In this document: one piece after another, positions 14,815-27,069 of the stretch | How the letters are laid out: every line of letters starts with the position of its first letter | Position numbering within the stretch: the first letter of the stretch is position 1 | Assembly: GCA_951406725.2 (NCBI GenBank) | Contig: OX597817.1 | Location: 96,720,001 to 96,784,000 of the forward strand | Reading direction: 5' to 3' | Length of the DNA stretch: 64,000 nucleotides | DNA from: Octopus vulgaris | Taxonomy: Eukaryota | The notes under the pieces: model-generated | Told to the model about the DNA's origin: nothing | The model's database searches: none | Seen by the model: only the letters and a program-made list of their open reading frames with translations | Program-made: the position numbers and the translations under genes

Positions 14815-14866
<52 letters not shown>

Positions 14867-15369
14867 ATACACATACATACACATACATATACATACATAT
14901 ATATATATATATACATACATATATATATACATACATATATACATACATACATATATACATACATATATACATACATACATACATATATACATACATATAT
15001 ACATACATACATACATATATACATACATATATACATACATACATACATATATATATATACATATATATATATACATATATATATATACATATATATATAT
15101 ACATATATATATATACATATATATATATACATATATATATATACATATATATATATACATATATATATATATACATATATATATACATACATATATATTT
15201 ACATATATATACATACATATATATTTACATATATATACATACATATATATTTACATATATATACATACATATATATTTACATATATATACATACATATAT
15301 ATTTACATATATATACATACATATATATTTACATATATATACATACATATATATTTACATATATATATG

Positions 15370-15419
<50 letters not shown>

Positions 15420-15430
15420 CATATATATAC

Positions 15431-15467
<37 letters not shown>

Positions 15468-15472
15468 CATAT
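13590..15472. repeat. Compound (TA)/(TACA)/(CA) array with higher-order units of ~26-30 bp
   Basis: Visible; periodic TTTACATATATATACATAC.. units. Confidence 0.95.
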
Positions 15473-15628
15473 TATGTGAAATAGAAAGATGAATAATCTT
15501 GTAGTAGATTAATCAAAAGTTTAACCGATACCTTAGTAGCAAAAATCACAGCAGTAAAACACGTGTAGAATGAAATAAAACGATTTCTGTTCAATCTGCG
15601 TTCAGCTCCATTTCTTCAATTCACCAAT

Positions 15629-16473
15629 ATATATATACATACATATATATATATATACATACATATATATATATATATATACATATATATATACACACAC
15701 ATATATATATATATACAAACATATACATATATAGATACATACATATACATATATACATATATATATATATACACATATATATACACATATATATATACAT
15801 ATATATAAACACACACATATATACAAACACACACATATATATATATATATATACATACATATATATATACATATATATATACATATATATATACATATAT
15901 ATATACATAAATACATATATATATACATATATATATATACATACATACATATATACATACATACATATATATATACATACATACATATATACATACATAC
16001 ATATATACATACATACATATATATATACATACATATATACATATATACATACATATATACATATATATACATACATATATATATATATACATACAGATAC
16101 ATACATATATATATACATACAGATACATACATATATATATATATATATACATACATATATATATACATATATAAATATGTATACATATACATACATATAT
16201 ACATATATATACATATATATACATACAGATACATACATACATACATATATATATACATACAGATACATACATATATATATATATACATACAGATACATAC
16301 ATATATATACATACAGATACATATATATATATATATATACACATACAGATACATACATATATATATACATATATATATACATATATATATATACATACAT
16401 ATATACATACATATACATATATATATACATAGATACATATATATATATATACATACATACATATATATATACA
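15629..16473. repeat. Compound TA/TACA array
   Basis: Visible. Confidence 0.95.
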
Positions 16474-16849
16474 CTAGCAGTATCGCCCGACGTTGCTCAG
16501 GTTTATAAGGGAAATAACTATAAAGCATTTTTAGAGAGTTATAGCCAAAAAATAGCAAAAAAATGGAAAAAATTATGGCAAATTTTTTTTTGAGAGTTAA
16601 AAAAGGTGGAGTGGCGTCCCCTAGACAGTTTGCGGTTTGTGTTTCTGATTCTCGACCCCATGTCGAATTTATCGATTTTTTCAGAACTGGGGGAACTTTT
16701 CAAAATTTTCGCTGCGTTAGTTTTGAATTATGAAATTGGGCTATGTTTGTGTCAAGTTTCATCAGAATCGGTTGAAAGCCGTGGTCAGGGTGAGGGTACA
16801 AGCAAACAGACACACAGAAACACGCACAGACAAACTGCCGTTTATATAG

Positions 16850-16850
<1 letters not shown>
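16474..16850 (-). mobile_element. Non-autonomous Helitron
   Basis: On the minus strand: 5' TC(TATATAAACGG), 3' imperfect GC hairpin followed by CTAG, inserted between A and T. Confidence 0.75.
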
Positions 16851-16880
<30 letters not shown>

Positions 16881-17452
16881 TATACATACAGATACATACA
16901 TATATATATATATACATACAGATACATACATATATATATATATACATACAGATACATACATATATATATATATACATACAGATACATACATATATATATA
17001 CATATATACATACATATATATATATACATATATATATACATACATATATATATACATATATACATACATATATATATATACATATATATATACATACATA
17101 TATATATACATATATATATACATACATATATATATACATACATATATACATACATATATATATATACATATATATATACATACATATATATATATACATA
17201 TATATATATATACATATATATATATACATATATATATACATACATATATATATATATACATATATATATACATACATATATATATATACATATATATATA
17301 TACATATATATATACATACATATATATATACATACATATATATATACATATATATATACATATATATATACATACATATATACATACATATATATATATA
17401 CATACATATATATATACATACATATATATATACATATATATATATACATACA

Positions 17453-17488
<36 letters not shown>

Positions 17489-17947
17489 CATACATACATA
17501 TATATATACATATATATATACATACATATATATATACATATATATATACATACATATATATATACATACATATATATATACATACATATATATATACATA
17601 CATATATATATCCATACATATATATATCCATACATATATACATACATATATACATACATACATATATATATACATATATATATACACACATATATATATA
17701 CATACATATATATATACATATATATATACATATATATATACACATATATATATACATACATATATATATACATACATATATATATATACACATATACATA
17801 TATATACACATATATATATACACATATACATATACACACATATACACATATATATACACATATATACACATATATATACACATATACACATATACATATA
17901 TATACATATACATATATATATACTTACATATACATATATATATATAT
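16851..17947. repeat. Compound TA/TACA array
   Basis: Visible. Confidence 0.95.
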
Positions 17948-18142
17948 GAGAGACTTGCATGGTGTGGATGTGGGTTTCTTTAAAACTAAACTGGATCTCT
18001 TCTTGTCGGGGGTCCCAGATGAACCTATCTCACGACAGGTGATACAGCTGCGGTCAGCGACATCGAACTCCCTTGTTGACCAAGTGCCACGTATCAGAGG
18101 TGGATTCACATATTAGTGGCTGCATTTTTAAGGATTCAAGGA
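17948..18142 (+). mobile_element. 3' fragment of the copy-1 LINE subfamily
   Basis: Close match to 5606-5850, including the TTTAAGGA tail; the hairpin segment is deleted. Confidence 0.9.
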
Positions 18143-18193
18143 TATATATACCTACATATATATATATATACATATACACATATATACATATAC

Positions 18194-21100
18194 AAGGAGG
18201 GAAAGGGAAGAAAAGGCAAAACAACCAAAGCTGAAACCCCAAACCCACCACACAAACAGCAGTGTACCCCATGGAGGATCCAATGCCACCCAGTATACTT
18301 CAGGAAAGAAGAAATCTGGAAGGCACCGAAGAACCTCTAAGTTCTACCTGCGGGGCAAATGTTGGCATGGGGAGGACGGCAAAAACTGCCGGTTCGCCCA
18401 CCCGACACCCCGCCAGAACTTCAGGGGACTCAAAGAAAAGAGCTTTACTGAAGGAAGACAAGAAATGTCTCCCAGGAAAACTTTCAAAAAAGAAGTGTGC
18501 TCCTCAGATGTTCTGCGCAACGCAGCAGCTGAGCAAGAGTCTTTTTTATGCATGGCGCAAAGAGTTGTCCGGCAGTTAACCTGGCTACATCAAGCACAGA
18601 GAAGGAACCCTGCCCACCGCAGTCAAGAGACACGGGATGGCCTCCCCTAACGCCTGCACAGCCATCACCCCAATACTTTTACTAAATATTGGGGGCCTGT
18701 TGCATCAAAATAGAAACAAAATTTCTTTCCTGAGAGATCTTACTACATGCAATCAACCCCTATGCATAGCACTTGTGGAAACTCACCTCAGCCCTGATAT
18801 AGAGGACGCAGAAGTACACATACCGAACTATGCCATACTGCGAACAGACAGAAGGGAAAAGAGCCATGGTGGAGTTGCTGTATACAGCCGAGATGACCTC
18901 ACACCCCAGATCTTAATGACATACTCAAATTCGGTATGTGACACTTTAATTGTATACATAAGACAACATAATATAGTCATATGCAATACATATTGCCCAC
19001 CAGATGCCCCAAATCACATAGGCAAGTTTGAAGATTGTCTCACAAGAATTTTAAAAAATCCTCATGAATCTGGAACACCACATGACCATATTTCTTATGG
19101 GTGATTTCAACTTCCCCAACGTCAAATGGCCCGAAGGTCTCATACTCTCAGGAATGAATCATTGCAAGCAAGTACAGGTGGAGTCCCTGCTCAACCTCAC
19201 CAACGCCTTATTCATGGAGCAAGTTGTACTCAAACCAACTAGGGCGAATAACATTCTGGATCTCTGCTTCACGAACAATATGGATATCATTCATGATGTG
19301 AAAGTGACACCGACATTAGTTTCGGATCACAACATAATAGAGCTGTCTATGTTTGGGCCAAAAGTAACCAGAGACATACAGCCTAAAGGAAGCACCCGAA
19401 ATCTCTCCAATCTGAACTTCCACAAAGCAGATTGGAAATCGATCCAAAAGGAGATCCTCAGAGAGGACTGGCTGGAATGTCTCTCCACACCAGGCATTGA
19501 CATGAAACTAGAATGTTTCATGTCTTCTGTGCAAGCCGTATGCCAGAAATATGTCCCAGAGCACAAGGCCAAAACAAATAGGAGCAAGATTCCAAGAGAC
19601 AGGAAGATCCTCATGAGACGACGGACGAAGGTTGCAAATCGTCTCAACCAACATCCCAAAAGTAGCGAAACGTCCCACCTAAAAACAACACTGATGGAGA
19701 TCGAAAAAAGGCTGCAACAATCCTATGTGAGGGAGAAAGCAGACAAAGAAGCCCGGGTTATAAAAACCATTAAATCAAACCCAAAGGCCTTCTTTCATTA
19801 CATGAAAGAAACAGTCTCAGTGCACTACAAGATAGGACCCCTCCTCCAAAAGGATGGCTCCTTCACAGACAGTCCAACTAAGATCAGTGAGATGCTGGAT
19901 GACCAGTTCAAAAGTGTCTTTACCATCCCATTGGAACACAGACAAGTGAACGAACCAGTGGACTTCTTTGCCGCCTCACCTATAACCAGCGAGGCGCTTA
20001 CAATAGAATGTATTGACATTAGCGAAGATGTCCTACTAGCCATAGATGAAGATGACACAAACTCAACTGCTGGTCCAGATGGTTTCCCAGCAATCCTCCT
20101 CAAACCTCGTAAACATGCCCTGGCAAAACCCCTCAAGATTCTCTTCCAGAGCTTTCTTTCGAATGGCAAACTGCCAAGCAAGCTGAAGGAGGGAATAATA
20201 TGCCCAATACATAAAGGTGGGGGGGGGTAGAGCAGATGCCAAAAACTATAGGCCTATCTCTCTGACTTCACACATCAGCAAAGTCATGGAACGGATAGTC
20301 AGAAAGAAACTAATCGCATTCCTTGAGGAAAATAATTTGCTGAGTGATACCCAGCATGGTTTTCGCCCAGGTTGGAGCTTCCTGACCCAGCTCTTACAAC
20401 ATTATGACTGGGTGTTGAGGCAGTTACTCAACAAATCAAATGTGGATGTAATATACCTTGATTTTGCAAAAGCTTTTGACAAGGTGGATCATGATTTGCC
20501 ACAAAGTGCGTGACCTCAGCATAGCTGGAAAACTTGGAGTGTGTTACATGACTTGCTGAAAGATAGGAGTCAGGCAGTAGTGGTTAATGGAGCCACCTCT
20601 ATGAACACACAAATAGTGAGCGGTGTTCCACAGGGCACTGTCTTGGGACCACTGCTTTTTATAGTGGCCCTCTCAGATATGCCCTCAAATGCCCGGATAG
20701 CCACTCTGGCAAGCTATGCAGACGATACGAAAGTCTCGCAGAAAATACAGAACCCCAGCGATGTTGCATACCTGCAGCAGGAGTTGAACTCAATCTACAG
20801 ATGGACTGAGGATAATAATATGCAGTTTAATGATGAAAAATTCCAGTCCCTGTGCTACCAGCATCAAAAACTGAATATTAAACTTACAGAGTACACCGGT
20901 CCACAGGGAATTTCAATCCCAGAGCCTAAGTCTGTGAGGGACCTGGGTATCGACATGAGTGATGATACCTCTTTCCAAGTGCACATTACCAGGATGGCGA
21001 CAAAGTGCAGACGACTGGCTGGATGGATCCTAAGAACATTCAGAACCAGAGATACGGAAACCATGATGGTCCTCTGGCGGACATTCGTCCTCAGCTGCCT

Positions 21101-21708
21101 GGATTACTGCTCACAGCTATGGTCACACACCAGTGTAAAATTAACAGCGGACCTTGAAGCAATCCAGAGAACATTCACAAAGAAGATCGTCTCTTTGCAA
21201 CAGCTCAGCTACTGGGAAAGGTTGAAACAGCTAAGACTCTACTCCCTGGAGAGAAGACGGGAGAGGTATGCAGTAATATATATCTGGAAGATCCTGGAAA
21301 GAATTGTGCCAAATTTTGGCATTGAAAACTGCACCAATGCTAGAACGGGATGACACTGCATAGTGCCAAAGATCCCAGCAATGACATCACGCTTCAGGAC
21401 CAGCTTCTTCAACAGCCTGGGTTTCAAGGGCCCACAGCTTTTTAATATTCTCCCAAAGAGTCTGAAGAACTTGCATAAAGTAGATGTAGCGGTTTTTAAA
21501 TCAAAGCTAGACATCTTCCTGTTGAGAGTCCCAGATGAACCTACCTCACGGCAAGAGGTGCAAATGAGAGTAGCTATATCAAACTCCATTCTTCACTAAG
21601 TGCCACATATTAGAGGAGGTTCTTCGTAATAACAGTGTAGCACAAAACGGCGGTGCATCAGCATGGCCGCAGCTCTGAGCTGAAACAAGTAGTAAAAAAA
21701 AAAAAAGA
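18194..21708 (+). mobile_element. 5'-truncated degenerate CR1-group LINE (copy 3)
   Basis: ORF1 remnant with the CCCH finger (~18337-18402); ORF2 pieces 18637-19104, 19064-20230, 20217-20513, 20541-21353, 21363-21599; 3' hairpins at ~21648-21682. Confidence 0.93.
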
Positions 21709-21727
21709 CGTATATATATATATACAC

Positions 21728-21759
<32 letters not shown>

Positions 21760-22204
21760 GTACATACACATAAATTTTCATAATTTTACTTATACCTTCT
21801 AAATGAATATTTTATTCTTTTATTAACTATAAATTTACCTTAATTATATCTATCTTTCCTCAGTCATCTATATTTACTTTATCCCCAATCATATTCTAAT
21901 CAACCTGTAAACCCTTCATCTGAGCATATAATAATAAAAATCATAAACCATAGCATTTAGTCTGCTGAAATGAATTGATAGGTCCACATACAACATCCAA
22001 AGGTACATCTTTTTTTTTTCTCTCTAATGAAATTATACTTATGTCACATAAATGTAAATTTAATATAGAAATTTGTAATTAAATTATTGAGTATTAATTC
22101 AAATGGCTGTAAGAAGCAAACATTACCAATTTCTTAATAATAAATAATTAACCTCCTTATCTCCATTTTCGTTTCTTCTTTTAAATGGATATAAACTATA
22201 TATG

Positions 22205-22236
<32 letters not shown>

Positions 22237-22347
22237 TAGACACATATATCGTTATATTTCTGCATGGTCATCTTTTTCTTGCCAAATAAACACACGCACT
22301 ATATATTCATTCTTCACTCATTTATTATTGTTTTTATTATGTCACAC

Positions 22348-22478
22348 ATTTGTAACCTCTTCAGCTACTCTTCCATTCACATGTATCCTCCTGTCCTGTT
22401 TAGTACATTCTCAGAGAATGGATTAAACAGAACAGGAGGATACATGTGAATGGAAGAGTAGCTGAAGAGGTCACAGAT
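22348..22478. repeat. Short foldback (near-perfect palindrome)
   Basis: ACCTCTTCAGCTACTCTTCCATTCACATGTATCCTCCTGT is followed by its reverse complement. Confidence 0.9.
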
Positions 22479-22489
22479 AATGTAGATTC

Positions 22490-22920
22490 CAATTATATTG
22501 GAATTTGTTGCATGAAATATTGGGTGGGAGGAGAGTGAAAGAGGAGTTTCAGAAAATTCACACGAGTCAGCTGTGTTTCCTTTTGGAAAAATGGGTATTT
22601 TAAAATGAAAATTTCTACATATGCCTTTCAGAACATGTAAATTACAAAAACATGGGAGTTTGAAGTATATTTTATTCAGTATATATTTCATTTGATTTAC
22701 TTCGATATTATCAGAGTATTGGCAATTTTTCTGAAATTTTTTAGGGGTGTACATACTTCTGTAAGATACTGTATACATGATGTGTATCAGAATGTATGTG
22801 TGCGGTCCCAACAATATTTTTTTCATATTAAATTTTGATATAATCATAATCAACACACTCTGGAAGGTATTTGTAGAAAATTTCATGAAAAAATACACAT
22901 TTTTCTGATAGTTATGAGGT
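22490..22920. repeat. Fragment of an unclassified interspersed repeat, related to 59330-59830
   Basis: Shares blocks such as GTATTTGTAGAAAATTTCAT and GAAAATTCAC..GAGTCAG with 59380-59560. Confidence 0.5.
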
Positions 22921-22947
22921 AACTGTTATAAAGCAGTCTTTTGCCAC

Positions 22948-23288
22948 TGTTGTATCTGTCATTGTATGACAATTGTCACTCTATCAGATAGTTATATTCC
23001 AAAGTAGTTAATAGGGTGTACAACCCCCACTCATACGGTGTTATTATCCTGTACAACCCCCAGTCATACAGTGTTGTTATCCTCAAAAGGCCAGATCATT
23101 ATAACGCCCAATCAGTATCATAGTAGAATTACTATATCAGCACAGACACAACTATCAACACAATCTGCAGATACTCTGGTACTCTACATACTCTGTCTCA
23201 ATACTGGCTGACATCACCTTACTTATAGTGACTGGAGTGATCCACTTGAAATGTGGGAGGGGTGTGCCATTATTATTAATTCCCTACA
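22948..23288 (-). mobile_element. Gypsy-type LTR
   Basis: TGT...ACA ends; purine tract AAAAAGGGGAGA immediately upstream on the minus strand; PBS-like GTGGCA downstream; homologous to 59831-60154. Confidence 0.7.
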
Positions 23289-23299
23289 TCTCCCTTTTT

Positions 23300-23900
23300 A
23301 AGTTTTTCTCAGGAAGTGTCATTTTATTTAGCAATAATACTTTTATTCACCCTCACCTCCCTTCTTTGATTTTTTTTTCCTGAACAATTTAATATTTTTT
23401 TCTCTTGGCATCTATTTTCAGGAACTGTATGTTTTCTTTTCCTTTCACTTGTATGCTTGGGTTCAATTACATGCAGTGGCGTTGGTACTTGGAACATATC
23501 ATACAACTATTCCACGGGTTCCTCCAACTTCTTTGGTTCACTTTCCACAAATGTCTTTTTCAGCTGGTTCCTGTAGTTGTACTTTTTTCTTGTCAGACCA
23601 ATTTTTACATTCTTCTATGAAAATTTCTTTGTATCTTTGAAAGTATGCAGAGAAGATAATCCCTTCTGATTAATAGTTGATTTCCTCAACTGAATTTGCT
23701 ATGCTGTCTGGTGAGTAAGAACCTGAAGTATTTTCAGACTTCTTCAACATTAATTCCAGCAACTGTTGGTTTTGTTGTTGCTGTTGTAGTTGCACCACAG
23801 AGGCCAATAAGCCCTCCATGTTAAACAATTTTTCTTTAATTTTGTACCAGAAAGAAAATTTCTAAATGTCTAATGCAAGCTTTAAACAATTCATTGCCAC
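23300..23900 (-). pseudogene. Deleted Gypsy internal region (gag N-terminus remnant)
   Basis: Manual translation MEGLLASVVQLQQQQQ...IANSVEEINY*SEGIIFSAYFQRYKEIF..CKNWSDKKKVQL resembles a Mag/K02A2.6-type gag; PBS-like GTGGCAA at ~23895. Confidence 0.6.
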
Positions 23901-24224
23901 TTTTATATCCTGGTGTTGGATAAACAATTTAATGAAGCAGGAGGAAAGAAAATAATCACATGATGCACAATAATTATTGTTGCATAAGGTTCACCCCTCT
24001 CTGCAAAAGACTCACAGTGAACTGCTTACCATCAATTGCTGACGACTCCATTTAATAGAAATGTCTCTGTGCACTTTTAGTCACACGGTGTGGTGGTCGG
24101 AATTCTTCCACAGCAGTTATACAGACAGCCAGTCTTAGTAGCTATACTGACAACACAAAAGTAACACAAGTACTCAAGAATCTTCTCAATGCTAATATTC
24201 TATAGAAAGGTCTAGATGTCATGT

Positions 24225-24620
24225 AAATGGGCTGAAGAAAACAACTTGCAATTTAATGCAGGCAAACTCCAAGCCCTCCATTATGAACTAACAAAGATAC
24301 GTTGGACCAAAAGGGTCAGCAATCCCAAAGTCAAATACAGTGCAACAATGATATGAGCAATGGTGCTTCATTTCAAGTATATATCACCAAAATGGTGGGA
24401 ATGTGCAGGCAAATGACCAGGTGGATTCTGAGAACTTTCAGAATAAGGAAGCAGGAAATTATTCTGAAGCTTCAGGCACATCATAAATATCTAAAATTAG
24501 GAATAATTATTTTATTATAGAAAGAATTAGTTGAAAACCATAAAATTCTTATCCTTCAAAATAAAGAAGCAGGAAATTATTCTGATCCTATGGAGGTCAT
24601 TCGTCCTCAGCTGTCTGAAC
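24225..24620 (+). mobile_element. Old CR1-group RT fragment
   Basis: WAEENNLQFNAGKLQAL and RWILRTFRIRKQE are homologous to LINE ORF2. Confidence 0.75.
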
Positions 24621-24679
24621 TGCATTTTATATCAGTCTGTCTGTGTACATATGTGTGTGTGTGTGTGTGTGTTTTAACA

Positions 24680-25010
24680 TAACAGTCTCCATTTTGTTTG
24701 CTCAAAGATGTTGTGAGCTACACTGACTGCTAAGAGATTACTCTTCAGCTTGTCCTTATATCTGAACCATGGTCAGCCAACATTCCTGTGCCCACTATCA
24801 AGTCAGGTGTGCATAGGGACTTTGGGTATTCTTTTGTCACTCATTCTGATGACATGGCCAGCCCAGCATAATTGTGACTGTGTAAGAAAGCTCTCGACTC
24901 CACCAATTTTACACTTGCTAAATAGGTCAACATTAGAAACTGCCTTTCAGTGAATAACTGCAGATAGTCCTGAGACAGTTTTTATGAAAGATGTCTCATT
25001 GGTTAATGTC
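24680..25010 (-). mobile_element. RTE/BovB-like RT C-terminal fragment
   Basis: Minus-strand translation QLCWAGHVIRMSDKRIPK...RYKDKLK. Confidence 0.65.
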
Positions 25011-25687
25011 CCACCTTCACCATACAGCCTTTGGGGTGCAAAGCAAAAGGAGAAAAGTGGCTACAAATATACCACATGCACTGACCCATAATCCTCATAA
25101 TTACAACATCTGCAAGCTTCTTTGTAAATTGTTGATGGGGCTGAAATGTCACATTCAACATAAGTATCATGACTAACAAAGAAAGTGTATGTTACATTGA
25201 ACCCAATGGGAGATTTTATAATGCACACACGTATTTATTCAATAACAAATTAAAAGCAGCATTAGTGGTGTAAACATTACTGATAGCATATAATCAATGA
25301 ATGTTCTGTTTGTTTGCTGGATTTGCTACAATATAGTGCTTGGGGATGACCCTTATTAACACTGGGTGCTAAAATACCTGAAATTTATATACAGGCAAAA
25401 CATCTCACCTTGGAATGAATTCAGGAGTGAGGGATGCTGATATTTTGCTGTTTTTGTGGCTATCAATATCACATACCTGAATTGATCCGAGGTTGGTTGT
25501 CTCGCCTGTATATGACTTTAAGGTGTTTCAACACCCAGTGTTATGAAGGAGTTGTTCCCTAAGTGCTATCTCATAGCAAGTGCAGTGAACACACAAAGCA
25601 CATACATTCAATATGCGTGATCTATAATGTCTACATACCTATCAATCTATCTATACACACATATAAAATGGGGTTCTTTCAGATACA

Positions 25688-26291
25688 CAAGGGTGGGCAA
25701 AAGTAGGAATATAGTTGCTTAATATGGGTGGAATGTTCTTTTCACTTCTCTATTTGTTTTTTAGAATAAAAATAGTATGATTCTAAGTGATTCATAAGTT
25801 GACTAAGAGATCTGTGAAAAATGTCTAGTTTATTGGAAGCCCTCTTTTTTTATTATATTTCTAGGACTTTAAATGAATACTTGAGCCACAGGCATTTCAT
25901 TTTCTTCAGTGGTAACTCTAACTAGTCAACCACTTTACTGTGCATTGCAGATGGACCCAGTCTGCTCAGATTTGTCATGTATTTTGTAAAATGCTAATCT
26001 TGATGGAGATTGTCTTTGAAATTCTTCAATCCATTTCTGCATTCTCTGTTTTCCAGGACTGCTTGATGATCCGCTTTCATCATATTCATCATTGGTGATC
26101 ACTGATGATCACATTCATCATTGGTCAAATTTCCAGGCACATCATAAATATCTAAAATTAGGAATAATTATTTTATTATAGAAAGAATTAGTTAAAAACC
26201 ATTGAATTCTTATCCTAAAAAAGAAACAGAGTAATGGATACAACATTTTACTCATGCTAAGCAGTTGTATACCTACTTTTTCTCACCCCTG
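25688..26291 (-). mobile_element. Internally deleted Tc1/mariner-type element
   Basis: Imperfect TIRs CAAGGGTGGGCAAAAGTAGG / CCTACTTTTTCTCACCCCTG followed by TA; transposase-like remnant VTTEENEMPVAQ on the minus strand. Confidence 0.6.
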
Positions 26292-26535
26292 TATATATGT
26301 GTGCATGTATATATGTTTCTTTGTTTGTAAGTTTGTGTCTCCACATCTGGACATTGGGTGATTGCTGAAAATGAATGTCATTCATTTGCTATATCGTGCT
26401 GAACATATTTAGGTTGTAAGAAAGGGTTGGCGATAGGAATGATATCTGGTCATAGAAAATCTGCCTTAATAAACTTAGTCTAACCCATGCAAGCATAGAA
26501 AAGTGGACGTGTGGACTTCAAAAATGAGGCTGAGT

Positions 26536-26590
<55 letters not shown>

Positions 26591-26722
26591 TACAAATTAC
26601 TGCACATTAACCCGGAGTTTCTACCTTTGAATAGGTCGCTACATCCTTGTTACTTGCATGAATTTTGCTACCCTGGTTTATTGAATTTTCCATGTTAACG
26701 GTAAACAAAAGATAATTCATTC

Positions 26723-26774
<52 letters not shown>

Positions 26775-26775
<1 letters not shown>

Positions 26776-26866
26776 AATATGTCCCAGGGTCGATTTGCTT
26801 GACTAAAGGCGGTGCTCCAGCATGGCCGCAGTCAAATGACTGAAACAAGTAAAAGAGTAAAGGAGT
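26775..26866 (+). mobile_element. SINE 3' fragment
   Basis: GGCGGTGCTCCAGCATGGCCGCAGTCAAATGACTGAAACAAGTAAAAGAGTAAA tail. Confidence 0.8.
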
Positions 26867-26890
26867 ATATATATATATACACACATATAT

Positions 26891-27035
26891 GTATGGTAAG
26901 AAGCTTGCTTCCCAATCACATGGTTCCTGGTTCAGTTCCACTGCATGGCACCTTGGGCAAGTGTCTTCTACTATAGCCCTGGGCCAACCAACGCGTTGTG
27001 AGTGGATCTGGCAGATGGAAACTAAAAGAAGCCCG

Positions 27036-27037
<2 letters not shown>
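26891..27037 (+). mobile_element. tRNA-derived SINE head (CORE-like)
   Basis: Box A-like TGGTAAG, box B-like GGTTCAGTTCC, and CCTTGGGCAAGT core; same family as 55154-55590. Confidence 0.8.

Positions 27038-27068
<31 letters not shown>

Positions 27069-27069
<1 letters not shown>

Noticed and set aside
26600-26650. Minus-strand GAAACTCCGGGTT resembling half a hammerhead
   Set aside because: No CUGANGA partner found
26891-26950. tRNA-like A/B boxes (also 55520-55590)
   Set aside because: SINE heads; no full cloverleaf, so not tRNA genes
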